From assembly GCA_023386675.1 (NCBI GenBank), contig JAEWJG010000160.1, positions 1 to 41,310 of the forward strand: a stretch of DNA of 41,310 nt, written 5' to 3'. This document shows positions 1-9,409 of this stretch, piece after piece. Numbering within the stretch: the first letter of the stretch is position 1; each line of letters opens with the position of its first letter. Both the position numbers and the translations under genes were made by a program. Under the pieces are notes generated by a model that was given only the letters and a program-made list of their open reading frames with translations, ran no database searches and had not been told where the DNA came from. The DNA comes from Actinomycetes bacterium. Lineage in GTDB: Bacteria; Actinomycetota; Actinomycetes; Actinomycetales; Microbacteriaceae.

Positions 1-375
1 CGTGTAGCCCATGGTCACCTCCGGCGAGTACGACTGCCAGTTCGTGTTCGTCACGAACGAGATCGCCGTGTTGAACGACAGCCCCTCGGGAACCGCCGGC
101 AGCCCGAGGGAGTACGGCAGGATCGCCTGCGCCCGCTGCAGCCCGTAGACCAGCAGCACGCCGAGGATCGAGAACGCGAGCACGCTGCGCAGGTACACCG
201 GCCAGCTCTGGCCGAGCCCCGGGTCCACGCCGATGACGCGGTAGAAGCCGCGCTCGACCCGCAGGTCGCGACGGCTGGTGAAGGTGGCGGCCATGTAGTC
301 GCCGAGCGGGCGGTAGACGACCGCGAGCATGAGGATGAGCGTGGCGAGCGCGCCCACGAAGAGCCAGGCTGTCAT
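1..375 (-). CDS. kdpA: Potassium-transporting ATPase subunit A, 5' part (runs off the window)
   Basis: Hand translation from ATG at 375: MTAWLFVGALATLILMLAVVYRPLGDYMA...SFNTAISFVTNTNWQSYSPEVTMGY. NTAxSFVTNTNWQSY is the KdpA signature, and the gene lies directly downstream of kdpF. Confidence 0.95.
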   Translation of the reverse strand, partial: MTAWLFVGALATLILMLAVVYRPLGDYMAATFTSRRDLRVERGFYRVIGVDPGLGQSWPVYLRSVLAFSILGVLLVYGLQRAQAILPYSLGLPAVPEGLSFNTAISFVTNTNWQSYSPEVTMGYT

Positions 376-377
376 GT

Positions 378-467
378 CTAGAACCGCTCCGGCTTCAGCA
401 GGGCGTACACCAGGTACGCGACGGCGGCGACGGCGAGCGCCGCCGCGAGCAGGTCGAAGAAGATCAC
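378..467 (-). CDS. kdpF: K+-transporting ATPase small subunit F (29 aa)
   Basis: GTG at 467 gives MIFFDLLAAALAVAAVAYLVYALLKPERF. The YLxYALxxPERF C-terminus is typical of KdpF, and the ORF is immediately upstream of kdpA. Confidence 0.9.
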   Translation of the reverse strand: MIFFDLLAAALAVAAVAYLVYALLKPERF

Positions 468-547
468 AGTCTCTCCACCCCTCGGCCGATGAGGGCGACG
501 ATCACGCCGAGCGCGATGATCCCCACGACGCAGATCAGGTCCAACAC
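464..547 (-). CDS. 27-aa single-helix hydrophobic peptide upstream of kdpF
   Basis: GTG at 547 gives MLDLICVVGIIALGVIVALIGRGVERL*. Its TGA overlaps the kdpF GTG (GTGA coupling). Too short for the ORF track. Confidence 0.65.
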   Translation of the reverse strand: MLDLICVVGIIALGVIVALIGRGVERL

Positions 548-623
548 GGAAGGTCTCCATCCGGGCCGGCCCTCTGCCGGCTCCAGGGACCGATACAAGT
601 CCCTCCGCAGGCGCCCGATGCGG

Positions 624-708
624 GTCCTAACGGGATCCATACGGCGGGGCCGCGAGTCCTAACGGTTTCGCTGCGTCGCGGTCTCGGGGCCGTCAGCATC
701 GCGTTGAG
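624..708. promoter_or_regulatory. Direct repeats with 11-bp period between the divergent kdp and LysA-like genes; putative KdpE/OmpR-family sites
   Basis: GTCCTAACGG at 624 and 656; CCTAACGG (626) and CCATACGG (637) are 11 bp apart; an opposite-orientation pair CGTCAG (691) and CGTTGAG (702) is also 11 bp apart. Confidence 0.4.
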
Positions 709-774
709 ATCGGCGGCCGCGGCGTTCGGGTTCCGTGAGGAACGCACCACGGCGGGTCGCTGCGGCGTAGACCG

Positions 775-1335
775 ATGCTCGTGACTCTCACCCATCTCAT
801 CCCTTCGCTGCGCGCCTCGGTGCCGAACCCGCTCGGGCGCGACCTCTGGCCGGAGTTCACCACCACGTCGGTCTCGGACGTGGTGGTCGCCGGCGTCTCA
901 CTGACCCGGCTGGCCGCGTGGTGCGGCACGCCGTGCGTCCACACCGCCGCCGCCGTGGTCCCCGGTACGGGCGGGATGCCGTCGCCGTCCGAGCTCGCCT
1001 CCGTCGTCGTCGCACGCGTCGTCTCCGTCGCTGCCGGCCCCGACGGCACCCTCGACGTGTGGATCGACGCCCGCCTCTCGGACGCGGCGGCGCACGTCGC
1101 CGAGCTCAGGATGATCGGCCGCATCTCGACCGCATGCGACGCGCCCGCGCGCATCCATCAGGCCGGCGCCGCCGTCGCTCCGCTTCGAATCGAGGAGCTG
1201 GCCTCGGACCTGCGCGCCGGGGACCTCCTCGCCGTGCCCTGCAGCGGCGCCGTCGTCCTCCGTCAGGTCGACCCGGGGCGCCGGGGTGCCCTCGACGCGT
1301 CGGACCCGTGGGCTCCGACGGTGTGCGGACGATGA
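775..1335 (+). CDS. Truncated diaminopimelate-decarboxylase (LysA)-like protein lacking the PLP barrel
   Basis: N-terminal VAGVSLTRLAAWCGTPCV resembles the LysA start, and C-terminal DLRAGDLLAVPCSGA resembles LysA GDLLAVxxxGAY. Only about 186 aa. Alternative start GTG at 781. Confidence 0.6.
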   Translation: MLVTLTHLIPSLRASVPNPLGRDLWPEFTTTSVSDVVVAGVSLTRLAAWCGTPCVHTAAAVVPGTGGMPSPSELASVVVARVVSVAAGPDGTLDVWIDARLSDAAAHVAELRMIGRISTACDAPARIHQAGAAVAPLRIEELASDLRAGDLLAVPCSGAVVLRQVDPGRRGALDASDPWAPTVCGR

Positions 1336-1823
1336 GGCGGCTCCTCGAGGGGCGCGCCCTCTGGGGAGACCTGGACGTCACTCCCGTGACCCCCGGTGTC
1401 TGGCAGCGGGTGCGGCTGACGGTCTACCCGCCGGGCATCACCCCCGGCGAGCGCCGGCTGCTGCGCCTGCACCACGCGTGGCCGGTCGGCGGTGCGCTCC
1501 TGGCGCTGGTCGGGCTCGTGCTGCTGAGCGACCTCGGACCCCTGCTGAGCCTCGCGGCCGTACTCGGCGTGTACGGCTCCGGATTCGTCGTCATCGCCCG
1601 GCTCACCCTGGGACTACGCGGCCGCTGCCGCGTGCTGACGGTCGCGACAGAGCACGTCGGCAGCGACGTCCGCGAGCACGGCGACGTCGCCCTCCTCCGC
1701 GCGGCGGCCGCCCGACTCATGGAATTGGAGAGCGCCCGCGCGTCCGGGCTCGTCGGCCCGGTCGGGTACGAGGCGGAATGGGGTGCGGTTTACGACTCGC
1801 TGTCGAGCTTCGCGCGGACGTAG
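1332..1823 (+). CDS. DUF6611-like membrane protein
   Basis: ATG at 1332 overlaps the upstream stop (ATGA). WG...RLTVYPPGITPGERRLLRLHHAWP motif followed by two hydrophobic helices. Confidence 0.65.
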   Translation: MRRLLEGRALWGDLDVTPVTPGVWQRVRLTVYPPGITPGERRLLRLHHAWPVGGALLALVGLVLLSDLGPLLSLAAVLGVYGSGFVVIARLTLGLRGRCRVLTVATEHVGSDVREHGDVALLRAAAARLMELESARASGLVGPVGYEAEWGAVYDSLSSFART

Positions 1824-2047
1824 CCCACCAGGGCGTTGGCGTGCCCGTGGCCCATCCCGTACTCCGACTTCAGCCAGGCGACGACCTGCATGTGGGTGGC
1901 ACCCGTGTCGAGGCGTTCCACCACCAGATCCAGCCAGTCCTGCACCGGCCGACCGTAGTTCTTCTCGATGCTCGGGAAGTACGAGGCCGGCCCCATGACC
2001 TTCTCGCCCGGTTCGATCCGGGGAGCGACGACGCGATGGTCCGACAT
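1790..2047 (-). CDS. DUF4287 domain protein
   Basis: GPASYFPSIEKNYGRP...HMQVVAWLKSEYGMGHGHANALV motif; TACGAT -10 element 6 nt before the ATG. Confidence 0.85.
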   Translation of the reverse strand: MSDHRVVAPRIEPGEKVMGPASYFPSIEKNYGRPVQDWLDLVVERLDTGATHMQVVAWLKSEYGMGHGHANALVGYVRAKLDSES

Positions 2048-2113
2048 GGCGTCATCGTAGCGTCACCGCGTTCACCCGGGCTGACCGCCGAGGCGACGTG
2101 TTGCCGAGGGCGG

Positions 2114-2680
2114 CTACAGTTCCCATCCGCGGCGGAGGTTCACGAAGATCCTCTGGAGGGTCGCGCCGGGCTCGGGGTCCTCGGCGGCGATATCCGGGCT
2201 CTCGAGGACGAAGCGTGCCAGGGCACGGGCGGCACCGGCGGGCAGGTCCTCGCGCCTGGTGAGTTCGTCCGCGAGGACGTCTTCGCAGTCCGTCCACTTC
2301 TGACGCGCGTACGCACGCAGTTGCGGCGTGGACAGGATGAGGTCGAGGATCTCCTCCCGCGCTCCGCTCTCCACGGCGAACGGCAACCGGCTCACCATGA
2401 AGGCCTCGACCGCGCTCAGCACATCGTCTTCGTCGCTGCGCTCATCGATCGCGCGGGCGAGTTCCGCGCCGCGGTCCTCGTCGCGATCGAAGACGAGCGC
2501 GACCTTGCCGCCGGGGAAGTACGTGAAGAGCGTGGTGAGCGCGACGTCCGCTTCGTCGGCGATCTCCGCGACCGTGACCCCCTCGAACCCGCGCTCGAGA
2601 AAAAGGCGGGTCGCTGCGCTCTGCAGCGTCCGCCTGGTCCGTTCCCGCTTGCGCTCGCGCAGTCCGCCCGTGGCTTCCAC
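2114..2680 (-). CDS. TetR/AcrR family transcriptional regulator
   Basis: GLRERKRERTRRTL...LFLERGFEGVTVAEIADEADVALTTLFTYFP N-terminal HTH; divergent from the amidohydrolase. Confidence 0.92.
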   Translation of the reverse strand: MEATGGLRERKRERTRRTLQSAATRLFLERGFEGVTVAEIADEADVALTTLFTYFPGGKVALVFDRDEDRGAELARAIDERSDEDDVLSAVEAFMVSRLPFAVESGAREEILDLILSTPQLRAYARQKWTDCEDVLADELTRREDLPAGAARALARFVLESPDIAAEDPEPGATLQRIFVNLRRGWEL

Positions 2681-2718
2681 GCGACCACCCTATCGCGAGC
2701 GTGTATCCATTTCTATTT

Positions 2719-2748
2719 TGCAGTCGCTACATTTTCGTAGTGACTACA
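2719..2748. promoter_or_regulatory. Tandem putative TetR operators (consensus TGTAG-N3-CTACA)
   Basis: TGCAGTCGCTACA (2719-2731) and CGTAGTGACTACA (2736-2748) are each near-palindromic and together form a larger inverted repeat in the AT-rich divergent intergenic region. Confidence 0.65.
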
Positions 2749-2796
2749 GATTCATGTATGGTGGCAATCGATCCAACTTGACGACGAAGGAAGCTC

Positions 2797-4050
2797 ATGA
2801 GCACGACCGCAATCATCAATGCCCGGGTATTCGACGGCGAGCAGGTCCTCGGCGACCCGGCGGTCGTCATCGACGGGCACGAAATCGTCGCCGTCGGCGG
2901 CGACATCCCCGACGACGCGCGGATTCTCGACGCATCTGGCGCGACCCTGCTCCCCGGCCTCATCGATTCGCATGTCCACACCTCCATCGAAGGGCTGGCA
3001 CTCGCACTGAGGTTCGGAGTCACCACCGAACTGGAGATGCAGGGGATGTTCACGAAGGACAAGCGGGGGCAGGTGACGGAGGACGACCGCCTCGCCGACG
3101 TCCGCTCCGCCGGCTTCGGGATCACGCCTCCGGGTGGTCACCCGAGTGAGCTCATGGGCGACGGCCACGACGATGGGGACGAGAAGGCCCCGTGGGAGGA
3201 CGACGACGCCGGGGGCCGGGAATCCTGGGAGGACATCGTGATGCCTTTCTCGACGACCGCCGAAGAGGCCGTCTCGTTCATCCCCCGGCTCGCCCGCACG
3301 GGCTCGGACTACATCAAGTTCATGATCGACGACGGGACCGTCGAAGGAGCCCCCGGCCTCCCTGTCCTGAGCGACGATGTGGTGAGGGCCGGCGTCGCGG
3401 AGGCGCACCGCCTGGGCCTGCTCACCGTCGCGCACGCCCTCACCGTCGAGGCCACGCTGACCGCGGTGGATGCCGGCATCGACGGTCTGGCGCACCTGTT
3501 CATGGACCGCCCACACACCGGAGCGGTCATCGACCGGATGGCGGCCTCCGGGGCCTTCGTCGTCCCGTGCCTGGTCTTGAACGCCTCGATGATGGGGATC
3601 ACCGCCGGCGACTTCGCCGCAGATCCCCGCGTGAGCGCGCGACTCGACGAGTCCTGGATGGCGACGCTGAACAGCAGCTATAACCGATTCCCTCAGGGCG
3701 ATCTCGACGATGTCCTCGCGTCTGTGCGAGCGCTGCACGCCGCCGGAGTCGACATTCTCGTCGGAACGGACGTCTCTTTCCCGCTCCCCGCCCTCGGAGG
3801 TATGGCGCACGGCGCCAGCGTTCACCACGAACTGCAGATGCTCGTGCGCGCCGGGCTCACGCCGGTCGAGTCGCTCCGAGCCGCGACGTCGACCCCAGCG
3901 CGCCGATTCGATCTCACCGACCGCGGACGGATCCGGGAGGGCCTGCGCGCCGACCTGCTCCTCGTCGACGGCGACCCGACAACGAACATCGCAGACACAC
4001 TCGCCATCCGTCAGATCTGGCGGCGCGGCACCGCGCTCAGCCGGGGCTGA
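2797..4050 (+). CDS. Metal-dependent amidohydrolase (imidazolonepropionase-like family)
   Basis: TLLPGLIDSHVH (HxH), DYIKF, VAHA, LAH, GTD and GRIREGLRADLLLVDGDP motifs; AAGGAAG RBS. Confidence 0.9.
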   Translation: MSTTAIINARVFDGEQVLGDPAVVIDGHEIVAVGGDIPDDARILDASGATLLPGLIDSHVHTSIEGLALALRFGVTTELEMQGMFTKDKRGQVTEDDRLADVRSAGFGITPPGGHPSELMGDGHDDGDEKAPWEDDDAGGRESWEDIVMPFSTTAEEAVSFIPRLARTGSDYIKFMIDDGTVEGAPGLPVLSDDVVRAGVAEAHRLGLLTVAHALTVEATLTAVDAGIDGLAHLFMDRPHTGAVIDRMAASGAFVVPCLVLNASMMGITAGDFAADPRVSARLDESWMATLNSSYNRFPQGDLDDVLASVRALHAAGVDILVGTDVSFPLPALGGMAHGASVHHELQMLVRAGLTPVESLRAATSTPARRFDLTDRGRIREGLRADLLLVDGDPTTNIADTLAIRQIWRRGTALSRG

Positions 4051-6241
4051 CGACCGCGGCGACGTGCAGCACGATCACGCGCTCCGGGAGCGAACGCGGC
4101 AGTTGAAGGCCGGCCGCGGCGAGCGCCCTCCCGCTCAGCACCGTGCCCGTCCCGTCGCCGTACCAGGTGGGCTCGGCACGGCCGGGATCAGGGGTTCCCA
4201 CGACGACCGGCATGACGCGGTAGAGGGTGTCCGGGTCGAGGCCGGGGAGGGTGAAGCGGCCGTGCGGGGACTCGTTCGAACGGTTCAGGAAGGCGAGGAA
4301 GAACAGCGCCTCCGCCTTGTCCACTGCGACGCTTCCGTACAGCTGGAACGCCGGGTCGACCTCGTCCGCTCGCACCACGTCACCGGTGTGCAGAAGTGCG
4401 CGGTGACGGAGGTGGAAGCGGACCCAGTCCGTCAGGTCGTGGAGGTCGGCGTCCGTCGCCTGCGTGAGGTCCCATTCGATCCCGAAGTGGCCGAAGACCG
4501 CGGTGGCGGCACGGAACGACAGCGCGAGGTCGCGTCCGGTGGTGTGGTTCACCGGGGAGCCGATGTGCGAGCCCAGCAGCTCAGCGGGAAGCAGCTGCAT
4601 GGTCCAGCGGTTCATCTGCTGTCGTTCGAGCGGGTCGACGCAGTCGCTGACCCAGACGCGGTCCGTTCGTTCGATCACACCCAGGTCGACCCGGGCACCG
4701 CCCGAGGAGCAGGATTCGATCTCCAGTCCGGGGAATCGCTGCTTGAGCTCGTCCATCAGCCGGTACGCGGCGAGGGTCTGCTCGTGCACCCCGGCCCTCC
4801 CGGTCGGCGACGTCCCGGCGTCGATCAGGTCGCGGTTGTGGTCCCACTTGATGTACGCGATGTCGTACTCGGTGAGGATGGCCGTCATCCGCTCCAGGAT
4901 GTGCTCGTACGCCTCCGGGATCCCCAGGTTCAGCACCTGCTGGTGCCGGGACCGGACCGGAAGGCGGCCGCCGGTCTGCATGATCCACTCGGGGTGGACG
5001 CGCGCCAGGTCGCTGTCCTCGTTGACCATCTCCGGCTCGAACCAGAGCCCGAACTCCATGCCCAGCCCGCGGACGTGATCGACGAGCGGGCCGAGTCCCT
5101 CCGGCCAGACCTGCGGGTCGACGACCCAGTCGCCGAGCCCGCGCGTGTCGTCGCGGCGGCCGGCGAACCAGCCGTCGTCGAGCACGTAGCGCTCGACGCC
5201 GACGGCGGCTGCTCGGTCGGCCAGCCCGATCAGCCGGTCGAGGTGGTGGTCGAAGTAGACGGCCTCCCACACGTTCAGCGTCACCGGCCGGGGACGTGCG
5301 GGATGCGTCGGCCGCGCGCGGAGGTAGCGGTGGAACCGGTGCGCCTGGTCGTCCAGCCCGTCGCCGTATGCGCCGTAGACCCAGGGGCTGCGGTAGCTCG
5401 AACCCTCCTGGAGCAGGACCTCGCCGGGCAGGAGCAGCTCGCCGCCGCCGACCACCTGGGACCCGGTGGACAGCCGCTCTGCGTAGTGGCGGTGGTTGCC
5501 ACTGAAGGCGACGTGCACCCCCCAGACCTCCCCCTGACGGAATCCGAAACCGGGGACGCCGACGCTGAGCACGGTCGCGGCGTCCGGGCCCGTGCGTCCC
5601 TTGCGCCCCTCGCGCTCGTGGGTCCCGACCACGAGTTCGCGACGCTGCGGGATGCGCTCCTTGCTCCAGCGACCGGCGAAGTCGAGGATTTCGCGGGCGC
5701 GCGCCGGCAGCGGGAGCGCCACATTCAACTCGGACACCTCGTAGACGCCGTCGCCGCTGTTGCCGATCGCGGCCCGGCTGCGGAGGAGCCCGCTGGCCAG
5801 CAGTTCGACCTCCACGGTGAGGGTCAGGGCGGCCACCTCGTCGCGTGCCCGGAACGTGACAGCCGCGGGGCCGGTCTCGACCAGGCGCCCGTCGCGGACG
5901 AGCGGCGCGCCCGCTTCGGTGTCGATGTCGATGGATCCGACGGTGAACAGCGGCGACCAGTCGGCGCCACCGCGGTGACCGACCACGCCAGGGCGCCCCT
6001 CCCACGCCGCGTGATGCTCGGGCAGGAGGGCCACCCGCACGGCCTGGTCGACCACGTTGCCCGTACCCGGCTCCTCGGCGGCGTCCGCGAGCGCCCGGAC
6101 GCTGTCGCCCGTCTGCGGTCCGAGGGCCGCACCCCAGTGGACGACCGCCGGCAGACGGGCCGACGTCGCGTCCAGGACCACGCTCACCCCTCCCGCCGTG
6201 AGGTGCAGGAACAGGTCGGCGGGGAGCTCGGTCGTGGTCAC
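4037..6241 (-). CDS. Alpha-galactosidase, GH36
   Basis: NVWEAVYF, VLDDGWF, FGLWFEPEMV, YIKWDHNR, ESCSSGGAR and WVSD motifs. Confidence 0.93.
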   Translation of the reverse strand: MTTTELPADLFLHLTAGGVSVVLDATSARLPAVVHWGAALGPQTGDSVRALADAAEEPGTGNVVDQAVRVALLPEHHAAWEGRPGVVGHRGGADWSPLFTVGSIDIDTEAGAPLVRDGRLVETGPAAVTFRARDEVAALTLTVEVELLASGLLRSRAAIGNSGDGVYEVSELNVALPLPARAREILDFAGRWSKERIPQRRELVVGTHEREGRKGRTGPDAATVLSVGVPGFGFRQGEVWGVHVAFSGNHRHYAERLSTGSQVVGGGELLLPGEVLLQEGSSYRSPWVYGAYGDGLDDQAHRFHRYLRARPTHPARPRPVTLNVWEAVYFDHHLDRLIGLADRAAAVGVERYVLDDGWFAGRRDDTRGLGDWVVDPQVWPEGLGPLVDHVRGLGMEFGLWFEPEMVNEDSDLARVHPEWIMQTGGRLPVRSRHQQVLNLGIPEAYEHILERMTAILTEYDIAYIKWDHNRDLIDAGTSPTGRAGVHEQTLAAYRLMDELKQRFPGLEIESCSSGGARVDLGVIERTDRVWVSDCVDPLERQQMNRWTMQLLPAELLGSHIGSPVNHTTGRDLALSFRAATAVFGHFGIEWDLTQATDADLHDLTDWVRFHLRHRALLHTGDVVRADEVDPAFQLYGSVAVDKAEALFFLAFLNRSNESPHGRFTLPGLDPDTLYRVMPVVVGTPDPGRAEPTWYGDGTGTVLSGRALAAAGLQLPRSLPERVIVLHVAAVVSPG

Positions 6242-6271
6242 AGGTACTCCAGGGTCGGTTCAGAGGGAGGG

Positions 6272-9200
6272 TCAGCGAGCCGTGAACCGCAGGGCGAGCG
6301 AACGCGTCTCCGGGCGCAGCAGGGCATCGGGCCAGACGTCAGGACCGCAAGCGCGGGACCCGAGGCCATTCTGCGCCGCATCCAGGTAGAGGTAGGTCGC
6401 GACCGGCGCCCCGAGCTCGTGCTGGTGCGTCGCGATGCCCACCTCCTCGGCGGTGTGCCTCGCCAACGTGAATCCCGGCCGCCGGCCTCGCGCATCCTGC
6501 CGGGCGTCGACCCGCAGCCAGTCGCGGCCGCCGGTCAGCAGGTCGAGGCTCCTCAGGTCGCTCCGGTGACCGCTCTCCTGCGGCCACGCGTACGGCACGG
6601 TCAGCTGATCGACGGGCGCCCGGTACCGGCCGACGAGCACACCACGGCGGGAGTCTGGGTACGACTCCCCGGGTCCGGTGCCGAACCACCCCGCCTCGTC
6701 CACGTCGACCGGGAGGTCGAACCGGACTCCGATCCGCGGCCAGACGATCGACCAGCGAGAGCTGGGGATCATCTGGAGCGTGAGCAGAACCGCGTCGCCG
6801 TCCAGCTCCCACGACTCCTCGAGGGTGACGGACACGCGGGTGTCGGCAGCGGCCCAGCGGGTCCGGCGCGTGAGGGTGCTGTCCGTGCTGTCGAGCCCGA
6901 CGACCCGGCCGGTCAGCCGGTCCAGGCCGGCCTCGCGCCAGAGCGATGCATACGACGGCCCGGGGATGCCCAGCCCCCGCCCCTCCATCGGGTCGCTGAC
7001 GTCGTAGCTCCCGAGGTGAGATCCGCCGTCGTTGTCCGTCGGAGCGCGCCAGAGCTGGAGGCGGGGACCGGTGACCGGTCTCCCTCCGAGTGCGGTCAGC
7101 CGCCCGTCCTGGAACTCTGCCGGTCCGAGCGCGGTGCGGCCCGCCGGGTCGCGTGGCTGCAAGGCCCCTCGGCGCATCGCGGTGCGTGCGGACGTGCGCG
7201 ACGGACCCGGCCGGCTCTGCCGAACGGGAGCCTGCGCGGCCGCGATGACGTGACCCGCTCCCGCCCACGCGGTGTCCGCGGCGAGCGCCGCCGTGACCGT
7301 GAACCAGAGTTCGCCGCCCGGCTCCTGGAGAAGGGGATCATCGAGCACCACGTGGACCTCGGCGGACTCACCGGCTCGCACGGCATCCCCGTCCTCCCCC
7401 AGCACCTCGAGCACGCCGTCGGCCACCGGCTCGCCGTCGCGCTCCACCCGCCAGGCGAAGGCCAGATCGCCGGTGTCCGACGAGTGACGCAGATTGCGGA
7501 TGCGGACGGCGACCGTCCCGTTCCCGACGGCGATGGCGAAGCGGATGGGCGCGGTGACCGCCGCGAACTCCTTCAGCCCGGGCGTCGGCGTGCCGTCGGA
7601 CAGCACCATGCCGTCCATGCAGAAGTGCCCGTCGTGCACGCCGCCGCCGAAGTCTCCGCCGTAGCCGAAGAACTCCACGCCATCCGGCGTGCTGGTACGG
7701 ATGCCGTGATCGCGCCACTCCCAGACGAAGCCGCCATGCAGTCGGGGGAAGCGGTCGACCAGGTCCTCGTAGACATCGATGCCGCCCGGACCGTTGCCCA
7801 TCGCGTGCACGTACTCGCACAGCAGGAAGGGCTTCGTCCGCTGACGAGCGGACTGCGCTCCCGAGGCGTTCAGCAGCAGCATCGTGGAATCGCTGCCGAT
7901 GCTCGCGACCTCTGCGACGGAGGGGTACATCCGGGAGTAGACGTCGGTGTAGTCGCCGGCGTGGTCGCCTTCGTAGTGGACCGGCCGTCCGGTGTCGCGC
8001 GCCTGGACCCACTCCGCCATCGCCGCCAGGTTCGCTCCGGTCCCCGACTCGTTGCCGAGAGACCACATCACGATGCTCGGGTGGTTCTTGTCCCGCTCGA
8101 CCGTCCGCTGGATGCGGTCGAGGTAGGTCTCGCGCCAGGCGGGGTCCTCGCTCGGGTTGTCCATCCACTCGTCCACGCCCGGCTCGAACTGGCTGCCGCC
8201 GTGATGGAACGCGTGGGTCTCGATGTCGCACTCCAGCATGACCCAGAATCCGAGCTCGTCGGCGAGGTCGAGCACACGCGGATGCGGGGGATAGTGCGCT
8301 GTCCGGATCGCGTTCACGTTGTGACGCTTCATGAGCTCGAGATCGCGCCGCACGAACTCCTCATCGAAACCGCGGCCCAGATCCGGGTGCGTCTCGTGCC
8401 GGTTCATGCCGTGGAAGACGACCCTGCGCCCGTTGACGAGAAAGCGGTCGCCCACGATCTCGACCGTGCGGAAGCCGAGACGGAGCGTGATGGTCTCTGC
8501 GCCGTTCGCGCTCACCACGGAGGCGTCGTAGAGGCGAGGGCTCTCGGCCGTCCACGGTTCGACCCGGTCGATGCGGATCGGCACGACCGCGGACGCATCC
8601 GCCCAGTCGGCCTCGATCCCGAGCCCGGGGATGCGCAAGCTCACCGGGAACCCGTCGTCCTGAACGCGGAGCTCGGTATGCAGCGTGCCAGCTCCGGTGC
8701 GGTGGTCGTACTCGGCGCGGACCCAGATGTCCTCGATCCCGCCGAGCGGGCGAGCCTGCAGGGTGACATCCCGGAAGATGCCCGGCAGCCACCACTGGTC
8801 CTGGTCCTCGACGTAGGTGGACGCCGACCACTGGTGCACCCGGACGGCGATCGTGTTGGGCCCCTCGTGGAGCGCCTCCGTCACGTCGAACTCCTGCGCC
8901 AGGCGCGATCCCGTCCCGACGCCGATCTCCGTCCCGTTCAGCCAGACGCGGTAGCGCGACTCCACCCCGTCGAACCGCAGCACGACGGCTTCGTACGACT
9001 CCCGGTCCAGCCATCCGGCCGGGAGATCGAACGTCCGTCGATGGTCCCCGGTCGGGTTCTCGTCGGGCGAGAAGGGCGGATCCTGTGGGAACGGCAGCTG
9101 GACGTTCGTGTACTGCGGAGCGCCGTACCGGCCGTCACCGTGCAGCACCCAGTGACTGGGCACGGGGAGTTCGTCCCAGCCGGAGTCATCGAAGTCGGGA

Positions 9201-9400
9201 TCGGCGAACGCCTCCTCCGCTTCGCCCGGCGGCAGCGCATCCGGCGCTCCCAGAGTGCCAGGAGCGCCGGAGAGGAGCCGGAACCTCCAGGCGCCGTTGA
9301 GCGACAGCGTCGGCGCGTCCGAGTGCAGCCAGGATCGCGGAGACCGGCGTCGGCCCCGTCCCGGGCCGACGTCGTCGAGGTAATGAGCGGCGGAAACCAC
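6272..9400 (-). CDS. Beta-galactosidase, GH2 (LacZ/EbgA-like)
   Basis: YTNVQLPF, EDQDQWWLPGIFRDV, GMNRHE, NAIRTAHYPP, WSLGNES (acid/base) and CEYVHAMGNGPG (nucleophile). Confidence 0.93.
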   Translation of the reverse strand: MVSAAHYLDDVGPGRGRRRSPRSWLHSDAPTLSLNGAWRFRLLSGAPGTLGAPDALPPGEAEEAFADPDFDDSGWDELPVPSHWVLHGDGRYGAPQYTNVQLPFPQDPPFSPDENPTGDHRRTFDLPAGWLDRESYEAVVLRFDGVESRYRVWLNGTEIGVGTGSRLAQEFDVTEALHEGPNTIAVRVHQWSASTYVEDQDQWWLPGIFRDVTLQARPLGGIEDIWVRAEYDHRTGAGTLHTELRVQDDGFPVSLRIPGLGIEADWADASAVVPIRIDRVEPWTAESPRLYDASVVSANGAETITLRLGFRTVEIVGDRFLVNGRRVVFHGMNRHETHPDLGRGFDEEFVRRDLELMKRHNVNAIRTAHYPPHPRVLDLADELGFWVMLECDIETHAFHHGGSQFEPGVDEWMDNPSEDPAWRETYLDRIQRTVERDKNHPSIVMWSLGNESGTGANLAAMAEWVQARDTGRPVHYEGDHAGDYTDVYSRMYPSVAEVASIGSDSTMLLLNASGAQSARQRTKPFLLCEYVHAMGNGPGGIDVYEDLVDRFPRLHGGFVWEWRDHGIRTSTPDGVEFFGYGGDFGGGVHDGHFCMDGMVLSDGTPTPGLKEFAAVTAPIRFAIAVGNGTVAVRIRNLRHSSDTGDLAFAWRVERDGEPVADGVLEVLGEDGDAVRAGESAEVHVVLDDPLLQEPGGELWFTVTAALAADTAWAGAGHVIAAAQAPVRQSRPGPSRTSARTAMRRGALQPRDPAGRTALGPAEFQDGRLTALGGRPVTGPRLQLWRAPTDNDGGSHLGSYDVSDPMEGRGLGIPGPSYASLWREAGLDRLTGRVVGLDSTDSTLTRRTRWAAADTRVSVTLEESWELDGDAVLLTLQMIPSSRWSIVWPRIGVRFDLPVDVDEAGWFGTGPGESYPDSRRGVLVGRYRAPVDQLTVPYAWPQESGHRSDLRSLDLLTGGRDWLRVDARQDARGRRPGFTLARHTAEEVGIATHQHELGAPVATYLYLDAAQNGLGSRACGPDVWPDALLRPETRSLALRFTAR

Positions 9401-9409
9401 AGAGTCCTC

